This document shows, in pieces, positions 29,685 to 37,663 of a stretch of DNA of 64,000 bases (position 1 is its first letter; every line of letters starts with the position of its first letter). A model generated the notes under the pieces. It worked only from the letters and a program-made list of their open reading frames with translations, did no database searches and was not told the DNA's origin. The position numbers and the translations under genes were made by a program. Origin of the DNA: Methanobacteriota archaeon (GTDB lineage Archaea; Thermoplasmatota; E2; DHVEG-1); contig CAIRCU010000024.1 of NCBI GenBank assembly GCA_903877165.1, positions 4,688 to 68,687 of the forward strand. The letters run 5' to 3'.

Positions 29685-30015
29685 AAATGTCCTTCCCGAA
29701 GGTACCGAAGACCGTAACCGCCACTACCATACAAAGATTTCTATCCGCTTTGGTCGGGTTACGTTGGTGTGAATGGTGTTTGAGATAGTAGGGTGGTTCG
29801 GTACGGTGACGAGTTTCGCCTAAAAATTCTGTTTTAACTAAAAACTCCTGAACTTGACTTAAAACTCAACCAGGGAAGGAGAAAGGGGACCCGATGGAAT
29901 TATGAACCAGACCCAACATAAAAAAGGGCAATAATCCTGTCGTATTTCGATAATATTATAATATCTTGATGTTTTACTGGCTTTAAATACAGAAAAAAGG
30001 AGATTAAAAACAACC

Positions 30016-30468
30016 ATGGATTTTATAAGAAAAAATAAATGGTGGATGATTATAGGTTTTTTCGGAACTATACTTTTTAGCTTTGTCAATAATTTAATCT
30101 GGTCGAATGAATCACTTGGTGGTTGGTTTGCATTTATCGGATTTTCTTTTCCAATAATTTTTTCAATAGCAATTCTCTCAGAATTTTTTAACAAATCAAA
30201 CGGAATTATTTCTGCGGGGAAGAAAGCCCTCCTTCTTTCACTCTGGGAATTTATTTTGAACTTACTAATTTTTTGGGTAGGTTACAAAATTATCATACAG
30301 AAAGAGTGGGAAAACGAGATGTTCAAATTCAATTGGGGATTCTTCGTTATGTATCCATTGATGTTCCTGATATTATCTTTTATCCCCATGACTCTTGCAG
30401 GCGGATTTCTTGTTTATGGGATACGGAAAATTCGTGAGGGAAAAAAACAAAAAATTAATCTATTTTAG
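30016..30468 (+). CDS. AT-rich gene encoding a 4-TM membrane protein, hypothetical
   Basis: AAGGAG RBS. Strongly AT-biased codons inside a GC-rich genome. Confidence 0.5.
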   Translation: MDFIRKNKWWMIIGFFGTILFSFVNNLIWSNESLGGWFAFIGFSFPIIFSIAILSEFFNKSNGIISAGKKALLLSLWEFILNLLIFWVGYKIIIQKEWENEMFKFNWGFFVMYPLMFLILSFIPMTLAGGFLVYGIRKIREGKKQKINLF

Positions 30469-30592
30469 ATAACATGTTTTAATGTCTGGCCTATAACCCT
30501 AGCTTTGGAGAGTCTTTTAGGATTAAATTCAGGTGACGGTAAAGGCTATATAGGGTAACCGGTATCAGGAAAAACCGGAGGTTCGTTACTCT

Positions 30593-30760
30593 ATGGCAGC
30601 AGTCGTCAACAAAGAGTTGTGTACCGCTTGCGGTTCGTGCGCGTCCGTCTGCCCAGTGGACGCCATCGCAGTGAACGAGAAGGCTGAGGTGGACGCCGAC
30701 ACCTGCATCGATTGTGGCACCTGTGTGGATGAGTGCCCAGTGAAAGCGATCACCGTCTAA
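30593..30760 (+). CDS. 2x[4Fe-4S] ferredoxin (55 aa), below the ORF-track size cutoff
   Basis: Two cluster motifs, CTACGSCASVCP and CIDCGTCVDECP. GGAGGT RBS 8 nt upstream. Confidence 0.7.
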   Translation: MAAVVNKELCTACGSCASVCPVDAIAVNEKAEVDADTCIDCGTCVDECPVKAITV

Positions 30761-30801
30761 GTCTGATGTTTTTTTCTGTGACGGATGCGTGAGCGCATCC
30801 T

Positions 30802-31428
30802 TTATTTTATTATTTTTCCTGTCTGGAGGTACCAGAGGTAGAGGTCGAGCTGGGCGAGGGTGAGGCCTGCCTGGTCCGCGATGTCTCGTAGTGTTGTTTC
30901 GATGTCGAGGTAGCGTCGTGGGGTGAGACTGCGTGGTGGGTGGATGATGTGGTATTTGGTGAGGAGGTCGAGGATGTGGGTGTCGATGATTGCGTAGTCG
31001 TCGTAGCCGATGTTCCGAAGGAAGTGGCTTGCTTCTTTGTAGCCGAGGCCTGGGATGGTGTCGACGAGCCAGCGGCGGCGGTCTTCTCCGTGGAGGCGTT
31101 GGAGGGTGGGGAGGAGACTTTCTGTGTGTTGGCGGGCGGCGATGATGTGGGAGGCTCTGGGTGGGAAGCGGTAGTGGTGGGCTCGGAGCCCGTCTTCGAT
31201 GTCCTGGTGCGATCCCTGTGAGAAGAGAGTGCTAAGTCTTTGTTGGAGTGTGAGGCAGTGGTCTGCCTTGCAGTTGGCGGTAAGCAGGCAGTAGCAGAGT
31301 TCATGGAAGACGGCGTCTGGGGTTTCATGTTGGTTGGCGTGGAAGCTTGCGATGCGGTCGTCGACAATGGTGCGGACGTCGGTGTGCGTAAGTTGGGATA
31401 GTTGGGCGAGGAGGTCTGCTGCTGTCAT
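30802..31428 (-). CDS. ogg: N-glycosylase/DNA lyase, HhH-GPD superfamily (Ogg2-like, 8-oxoguanine)
   Basis: 208 aa. HhH motif IPGLGYKEASHFLRNIG followed by a conserved D (AIIDTH). Size fits archaeal Ogg2. Confidence 0.7.
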   Translation of the reverse strand: MTAADLLAQLSQLTHTDVRTIVDDRIASFHANQHETPDAVFHELCYCLLTANCKADHCLTLQQRLSTLFSQGSHQDIEDGLRAHHYRFPPRASHIIAARQHTESLLPTLQRLHGEDRRRWLVDTIPGLGYKEASHFLRNIGYDDYAIIDTHILDLLTKYHIIHPPRSLTPRRYLDIETTLRDIADQAGLTLAQLDLYLWYLQTGKIIK

Positions 31429-31700
31429 GGGTACGCCTGATGGGAAAAATGGTAAGAGGATGTAGGGCCAAATGAGGGGGGTTCTTTAAACTATAGGTGA
31501 GGAGAGGAGGAAAGGATGGGACGCAAAACATGCTCCCTCATTTGGGTGTACATCTCCAATCGTAATTGTCAGGTTGGTCGGTCGACATGCCCGACAATTA
31601 ACAATTGTTAAATACGGCACCCTATATAAGGATATCCCTTCTCTGGTTCCGACCTGAAAAAGGGAAAGAACGCAAGAACAACAGGAGGGACGACCCCAAG

Positions 31701-32228
31701 TTACTGCTTCGCCGACACGTGCTTCTTGACCTTTGCTAGCTTCGGGGCAATGACGACCTGGCAGTACGACTCCTCTGGATGCTGCTTGAAGTACTGGCGA
31801 TGGTACTCCTCAGCCGGGAAAAACGCCTCAAGCCTCCTCACCTCGGTGACGATCGGGCGACGGTACTCTCGCTGCGCCTTCGCGAGGTATGCCTTGATTT
31901 GCGGCTTGTCCTCCTCGTTTGAATAGAGGAGTATGGATCGGTACTGCGTGCCAACGTCGCCACCCTGCCGGTTCAGCGACGTCGGATCATGGATCGTCAG
32001 GAACACATCCAGCAGCGCCTCAAGCGAAATCCGGTCCGGGTCGTACTCGAGCCGCACCACCTCGGCGTGTCCGGTTGACCCGGTGCAGACCTGCTCGTAC
32101 GAAGGCTTCGGCGTCGTCCCACCCGCGTACCCAGGAAGCGTCGACACGACCCCGGGGAGTAGCGAGTAGGCGGCCTCCGTGCACCAGAAGCACCCGGCGC
32201 CCACCACCAGTTCACGCGTCGTGGCCAT
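31701..32228 (-). CDS. msrA: Peptide methionine sulfoxide reductase MsrA
   Basis: GCFWCTEA active-site motif. Confidence 0.95.
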   Translation of the reverse strand: MATTRELVVGAGCFWCTEAAYSLLPGVVSTLPGYAGGTTPKPSYEQVCTGSTGHAEVVRLEYDPDRISLEALLDVFLTIHDPTSLNRQGGDVGTQYRSILLYSNEEDKPQIKAYLAKAQREYRRPIVTEVRRLEAFFPAEEYHRQYFKQHPEESYCQVVIAPKLAKVKKHVSAKQ

Positions 32229-32622
32229 GCTCCGGGATGAACTTCATCGATAAAGAATTTACGCAATGCCGCGTGTTCTTCTCCGTGTACCGCTCGCCGG
32301 AAAAGACGTGTCCGAGGTGCGCGCCACAATTTGCGCACAGGATCTCGACGCGCTCACCGTCCCGGTCCGACTGCCGCTTCACAGCACCCGGTATCTCCTC
32401 ATCGAAGCTCGGCCACCCGCAGTTGCTGTGGAACTTCGCGGTCGACTTATACAATGGCGCGCCGCACCGCTTACAAACGTAGGTCCCCGATTCGAAGAAC
32501 TCTGTGTACTCCCCGCTGAACGGCGCTTCCGTACCCTTGCCGACGATGATCCGCTTCTCCTCCGGCGTCAAAGGATTATTCTCATGAACCTTCTTCGCGT
32601 CACCCTTCATGCGTCCCACCAT
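32212..32622 (-). CDS. msrB: Peptide methionine sulfoxide reductase MsrB
   Basis: Zn-binding CxxC pairs plus CGWPSF and RHCVNS. Possibly leaderless; alternative ATG at 32610. Confidence 0.9.
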   Translation of the reverse strand: MVGRMKGDAKKVHENNPLTPEEKRIIVGKGTEAPFSGEYTEFFESGTYVCKRCGAPLYKSTAKFHSNCGWPSFDEEIPGAVKRQSDRDGERVEILCANCGAHLGHVFSGERYTEKNTRHCVNSLSMKFIPEHGHDA

Positions 32623-32637
32623 CCGAAGAACATCAAA

Positions 32638-32650
32638 CTATATAATAAAA
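32638..32650. promoter_or_regulatory. TATA-like element (CTATATAATAAAA) in the divergent msrB / methyltransferase intergenic region
   Basis: AT-rich box about 15-25 nt upstream of the msrB ATG (minus strand) and upstream of the MTase gene (plus strand). Confidence 0.3.
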
Positions 32651-32796
32651 TCACCACAGCACACCTCCATAATCAGACATCACCATCGACCCTATTATAC
32701 ACCGAGACGATACCGAGATACACGAAGAAACCCCCTCAGAACCGAGCCAGGATTAAGGGCACCGTCACCACCCTGCAGCCCAACGCCATCTACCTC

Positions 32797-33582
32797 ATGG
32801 ACTGCATAGCCGGCATGCGCGCCATGGCCAGACAGAAGATGCACGCGGACGTCATCGTCACCTCACCGCCGTACAACATCGGCAAGCCGTACCACACCCA
32901 CAACGACAACCTCCCACCAAGCGAGTACCTCGACTGGATGGAGCAGGTCGCTGCCACCTGCCGCACCGTCATGACCGACCAGGGCTCCTTCTTCCTCAAC
33001 ATCGGCAGCAAACCCACAGACCAGTGGACTCCGCTGGAGCTTGCGCTGCGCTGCAAACCCTATTTTACCCTGCAGAACGTCATCCATTGGGTCAAATCTA
33101 TCGCGATCCCCAAAGCAGACGTCGGTCAGTATCCCCACATGCAGCAGGACATCGCGGTCGGTCACTACCAGCCGGTGAACAGCACGAAGTTCCTCAGCTC
33201 CTGCCACGAGTACATCTTCCACTTCACTAAAACCGGGGACGTCCCATTGTACAAACACGCAGTCGGCGTCCCATACCAAGACAAAAGCAACATCGGTCGA
33301 TGGAAAACCGCGACGTCGGACCTGCGCGAACGGGGCAACACCTGGTTCATCCCCTACGAGACCATCCAGTCCGCCCGACCGCACCCGACAGTATTCCCCG
33401 ACAAACTGCCGGAGATGTGCCTGCGGCTCCACGGACTCTCCCGCATCTCCCTCGTCCTCGACCCGTTCATGGGCAGCGGGTCGACCGCCGTCGCCTGCAA
33501 ACGCCTACGACTCAAGTACATCGGCTTCGATATCGACCCAGTGTACATCGCCGAGGCTCACCGTCGGCTCCAAAGACCCTAG
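32797..33582 (+). CDS. DNA methyltransferase, beta-class N4-C/N6-A (SPPY motif); start uncertain
   Basis: DVIVTSPPY (motif IV) and FLDPFMGSGSTAVAC (motif I). No in-frame ATG/GTG/TTG between the intergenic TATA box and 32797. The track ORF extends into msrB with an ATG at 32584. Confidence 0.75.
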   Translation: MDCIAGMRAMARQKMHADVIVTSPPYNIGKPYHTHNDNLPPSEYLDWMEQVAATCRTVMTDQGSFFLNIGSKPTDQWTPLELALRCKPYFTLQNVIHWVKSIAIPKADVGQYPHMQQDIAVGHYQPVNSTKFLSSCHEYIFHFTKTGDVPLYKHAVGVPYQDKSNIGRWKTATSDLRERGNTWFIPYETIQSARPHPTVFPDKLPEMCLRLHGLSRISLVLDPFMGSGSTAVACKRLRLKYIGFDIDPVYIAEAHRRLQRP

Positions 33583-33646
33583 ACACCCATGTTTTTCTCC
33601 AAGAACAGCCATAGATATAAGAAGAGCACATGACATTGCAGGTCCG

Positions 33647-33982
33647 ATGAAAAAGACGCCCTGCGAAGTCATGCTGTGGGATGGGCTGCCGGTCATCCGA
33701 AAGGAGCTTGCGACAAGCCTAATCCAGCAGTTCGATATTAATCAGCGGGGCGTGGCGGAGAAGCTCGGCGTCACCCCGGCCGCCGTCTGCCAATACCTGT
33801 CGAACAAGCGGGGACGGGCCGTCATCGCTGACAACGACGTGCGCCTCGAGATCGCTATCGCCGCGCAACGGATCCAAGAGGATGACGAGGTGGTGGTCAC
33901 CGAGACCTGCCGCATCTGCCGGTTGTGCGCGGTGAAGAAGGTCTTCTCAGAGGACGGCACACCCTGCCCTGGCGACGATTGA
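33647..33982 (+). CDS. HTH transcriptional regulator with a C-terminal Cys4 cluster (COG2522-like)
   Basis: HTH 'GVAEKLGVTPAAVCQYLSNKRG'. C-terminal CRICRLC…C…C. Confidence 0.6.
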   Translation: MKKTPCEVMLWDGLPVIRKELATSLIQQFDINQRGVAEKLGVTPAAVCQYLSNKRGRAVIADNDVRLEIAIAAQRIQEDDEVVVTETCRICRLCAVKKVFSEDGTPCPGDD

Positions 33983-34041
33983 GGGAATCGTTTATTAAGG
34001 CCAGGTTCTTTGTTCGTTAGTCGATTGATGGAGGTGTTTCC

Positions 34042-34479
34042 ATGAAATCTACTGCGATTCTTGAGCTCATGGTTGCGGACCACGCGAAGCTTCTGAAGCT
34101 GCTGGGCGACGTCGAACGCAGCCTCGACAAAGAGGTGACAAAGACCCTTCAGGTGTTCAACACCTTCGCCTGGGAGCTGGAGAAGCATATATTCACGGAG
34201 GAAAAAGCGATCTTCACCTCCTGCGCTCCGCTCAACATCTACCAAGGCTATCCGATCGTCCCTGAACTGATGAAGCAGCACACCCAGCTCGCCGAGTACC
34301 TCGGAGCAATGCGCAAGGCGGTGATGTGGCAGAAGCCACCCCCGTTCAGGGAACTCAAGGAGCTGCTCCTCAGCCACAAGACGTTCGAAGAGGTGTCGCT
34401 GTACCCGCGCCTCGACCAGGACCTTGACGAGAAACAGAAAACCGAGATCGTCAGCCGCATCCGTCAGATGGTCTCATAG
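34042..34479 (+). CDS. Hemerythrin-like (HHE cation-binding) domain protein
   Basis: H/E ligand pattern (MVADHAKL…LEKHIFTEE…KQHTQL…FEE). Confidence 0.65.
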   Translation: MKSTAILELMVADHAKLLKLLGDVERSLDKEVTKTLQVFNTFAWELEKHIFTEEKAIFTSCAPLNIYQGYPIVPELMKQHTQLAEYLGAMRKAVMWQKPPPFRELKELLLSHKTFEEVSLYPRLDQDLDEKQKTEIVSRIRQMVS

Positions 34480-34512
34480 ACGGAGCCTCGCGACTCGTGT
34501 TCTTGTGATGGC

Positions 34513-35106
34513 ATGACCCTGCATCCTGTGGCGCTGCTATTCGACATGGACGGCGTGCTCGTCGACTCCCTAGAATCCTGGTGGCGTGCGCTCAACACAT
34601 CCCTGCTGGCGTACGACCAGCCCGGCATCACCCGTGACGAGTTCGTGCGGCGGTTCTGGGGCCATGACTTGTACGACAACCTCCGCAGGCTTGGTCTTCC
34701 CTCGGAGATCGGGGCGTTCTGCAACCAGATCTTCGCCCAGTACATCGACTGCACCATAGTCTATCCTGAGAACCGGTCGACGCTCGAACGTCTCCAGCGG
34801 TTCCGCAAAGCCGTGATCACGAACTCCCCGCGTCAGTGCGTCGAGCACATCCTCTCCCGTTTTCACCTCACATCCTTCTTCGAGGTCGTGGTGACGAGCG
34901 ATGAGGTAGCGAAGGGAAAACCCGATCCCGAGCTGGTGTTCGCCGCCTGCCGGCAATTACAGGTCTCCCCGTCTGAGGCGGTTCTCATCGGAGATACGGT
35001 CAACGACGTCCTGGCCGGCCACGCCGCCGGCTGCCGGGTCGTGGGACTGAACGTGGAGGCGGATGAGACGATTCACTCCCTTGCAGAACTCCTGGCACTA
35101 TTGTGA
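34513..35106 (+). CDS. HAD-superfamily hydrolase, subfamily IA
   Basis: Motif I ALLFDMDGVLVDS, motif II ITNS, motif III K…GDTVND. Confidence 0.85.
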   Translation: MTLHPVALLFDMDGVLVDSLESWWRALNTSLLAYDQPGITRDEFVRRFWGHDLYDNLRRLGLPSEIGAFCNQIFAQYIDCTIVYPENRSTLERLQRFRKAVITNSPRQCVEHILSRFHLTSFFEVVVTSDEVAKGKPDPELVFAACRQLQVSPSEAVLIGDTVNDVLAGHAAGCRVVGLNVEADETIHSLAELLALL

Positions 35107-35221
35107 GCAATGGAAGAGGATTACGCTCTGAAACTGCGTCCTGCGTCGCTGCAGCAAGAGGCGTTGGACCTCGTGTTTTCCTCCCGCGTGTTGGCAGGAA
35201 ACTTTTTTATCAGGCAGCCGG

Positions 35222-35476
35222 ATGCTAGGTCGTATGGCAACAGGATTCGCTTTACTGAGCATCAGCCCCTTGCATGAGAAAGCGGTGTACGAGCAACTCA
35301 CCAGGATACCGGAGGTCGTCGAGGTGCATCCCCTCTTCGGGGAGTACGATATCCTCGTCAAGATTCAAGCCAGTGATATCGACACCATCGGCAACATCGT
35401 AATCAACAAGATCCGGTCGACTAAGGGCGTCGTGGACACAAAGACGTTGATAGGGACGAAAAGCCTGGAAGGATAA
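35222..35476 (+). CDS. Stand-alone Lrp/AsnC ligand-binding (RAM) domain protein
   Basis: 84 aa. …EVVEVHPLFGEYDILVKIQA…TKGVVDTKT… matches the RAM domain fold. Confidence 0.6.
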   Translation: MLGRMATGFALLSISPLHEKAVYEQLTRIPEVVEVHPLFGEYDILVKIQASDIDTIGNIVINKIRSTKGVVDTKTLIGTKSLEG

Positions 35477-35633
35477 CCAGGTTTTTTATCAATATCGTCC
35501 GTATAAACTGTGCGCTGATACCTACTTTCTCCCGATAAATTGAATTTAATGCCAACACTATTTTCATGAAAAATATTATATATTACCTATAGTTTTCTTT
35601 TTTGTCTCTTAATCTTTAGAGGAGGAAAAAATT

Positions 35634-37028
35634 ATGCGGAGTAAAGAATACAAGTATAGAACAGCATCATTAATGCATATCGGCAGTACTCTTTTTTTTA
35701 CGGCAGTACTCATGATTTCATCTCTTACGTATTCAATTGGGACTTCTGCGTCTGGAACTCGAAATGATCCACCTAACAAACCAAATACTCCAGACCCGGC
35801 GAATGCATCAACGAACGTCTCCATCACTGCACAGCTCAGCTGGATCGGTGGTGATCCAGACCCCGAGGATGTGGTAACGTACGATGTGTATTTCGATACG
35901 GTGTCTCCGCCCGCTCTCATGGTGAATAATCAGTCTGCAACCTCATACGATCCCGGCCTCATGGAGTACCTAACGACGTATTATTGGCAGGTTGTTGCTT
36001 GGGATGGCCAGGGCAATTCTACAGCAGGCGAAGTATGGGAATTTACTACGGTGCCAAATCATCCGCCAAATATGCCAGCCAACCCAGATCCAGCAAATGA
36101 GTCAACAGACGTCTCCATACAGACGAATCTTTCATGGATTGGAGGCGACCCCGATAATGATTCGGTGATCTATGATGTTTATTTTGGGGATACGACCACA
36201 CCTCCGCAAATCGCAAGCAACCTCACCGATACGACCTGTGCGCTTCCAACACTCGCCTACAGCACGACGTACTATTGGCGAATCATCGCCACAGATAATC
36301 ATTCCGCGAACACAACTGGGCCACTATGGATGTTTACTACCGAAATCAGAACCGGGATTTGGATCACCATAACGAAACCGGTGAACAACTCGTTCTATTT
36401 CCAGGATCAGCGACATAACCTCTCTGGCAGGACGATAATATACGGTTCGATAAATATCACAGCCGATGCATCCGCAGACGCAGGAATCGCAAGGGTCGAA
36501 TTTTATATCGATGGGAAACTCAAAGGGAACGATACCACGGCACCATATAGCTGTATTTGGAAACCGCTTCTCCAGTTCAACGGTCTTTCCCTGAGGCATA
36601 CAATCAAGGTGGTCGCTATTGACACGAAAGGGAAGAACGCCTCCGCTGAGATCAACGTCACCAAATGGAGGTTCCACGTGCTTCCCTGGCTCGTCATCGG
36701 AGCCGTTGCGCTTTCATCCATGGTGCCGCATACCAAGATGAAGGGATTTGTCTTTAACCTCCGGGCTAAAGGCACGGGGTATACCTTTTTTGTCCTGCGC
36801 ATGTCCTACCATACCGTCGGCCCGTTAAAGAACGAACGGGGAATCATCAAGATGAAACGCTGCGTCGCCAGCATCCTCGTCGGACCAATGATGATCTTGA
36901 AGCTCGGGCCGGGCCACATGTTCTCCTATGTCTCCATCACATTCCTTGGGGGCGTCCAACTTGCGACACACTCCCTAGGAAACCTATTCGACCGTTCTCC
37001 ACAGCCCCTCCGTAAGAACGGTCGATAA
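35634..37028 (+). CDS. Secreted/anchored protein with two tandem FN3-like repeats, an Ig-like domain and a C-terminal TM segment
   Basis: GGAGGA RBS. N-terminal signal/TM. Two ~99-aa repeats (…PDPANxSTxVSI…LSWIGGDPD…YDVYF…TYYW…). 'VEFYIDGKLKGNDTTAPYSCIWKP' Ig-like domain. Many N-x-S/T sequons. Confidence 0.7.
   Translation: MRSKEYKYRTASLMHIGSTLFFTAVLMISSLTYSIGTSASGTRNDPPNKPNTPDPANASTNVSITAQLSWIGGDPDPEDVVTYDVYFDTVSPPALMVNNQSATSYDPGLMEYLTTYYWQVVAWDGQGNSTAGEVWEFTTVPNHPPNMPANPDPANESTDVSIQTNLSWIGGDPDNDSVIYDVYFGDTTTPPQIASNLTDTTCALPTLAYSTTYYWRIIATDNHSANTTGPLWMFTTEIRTGIWITITKPVNNSFYFQDQRHNLSGRTIIYGSINITADASADAGIARVEFYIDGKLKGNDTTAPYSCIWKPLLQFNGLSLRHTIKVVAIDTKGKNASAEINVTKWRFHVLPWLVIGAVALSSMVPHTKMKGFVFNLRAKGTGYTFFVLRMSYHTVGPLKNERGIIKMKRCVASILVGPMMILKLGPGHMFSYVSITFLGGVQLATHSLGNLFDRSPQPLRKNGR
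35763..36353 (+). repeat. Two tandem ~297-nt intragenic repeats encoding FN3-like modules
   Basis: Protein repeats beginning NDPPNKPNTPDPANAST… and NHPPNMPANPDPANEST…. Confidence 0.6.
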
Positions 37029-37663
37029 AATCACAATGAAAGGCTCCGCGTTGCTCCCCAGAGTTCGCAGCCAGATGACCGACAGCGGCTCAATCCAAGG
37101 ATAGAATTCACAGGGTATTTCGTGGACGCATGCTTCCAATGCTCATCGAGTATTGAACATTACGCACACGTTGTCCCTCCTGCAGCCGTCTTCTTACCAA
37201 CAGATTCTGGAGCGAATGCGAACACCACAGGTCCACTGGACTGACTGACCACGACCGATCCTCATCCTACTACCAAGACCAACAAGGACATCGCCATGTG
37301 ACCCTCATCGACATCCCACGGTATGAGAACCGACAAGATCAAAAGGCTTGCTGAAAAAACAAGACGCAACAAGGTAACAGAAACGAAGCCCTATCTCATC
37401 GTTTATTCTGCTCGTGTGTAAGGCTACGGAAGCGCACTCCGAGGAGGAAGACCTCGGCGATGAAGCGCAGTTCACGATGTTCCTCATCATTGGACACGGT
37501 GCCGACGACGATCATTCTAGACATCTCCTTGCTGCCGTTTGCTAGCAAGTAGCAATAAATATATTAAACTCGTAAATATAAATAAGTTCCGGTGAAACCA
37601 CCCTAAAAACCAACCAAAAAAACAATTATATAAAAACCGCTATATACACCCATACGTGAAACC

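Noticed and set aside
32266-32796. 5' extension of the methyltransferase ORF across msrB
   Set aside because: It overlaps msrB antisense and lies upstream of the intergenic TATA box. The translation is low-complexity. Kept only as an unresolved alternative start at 32584.
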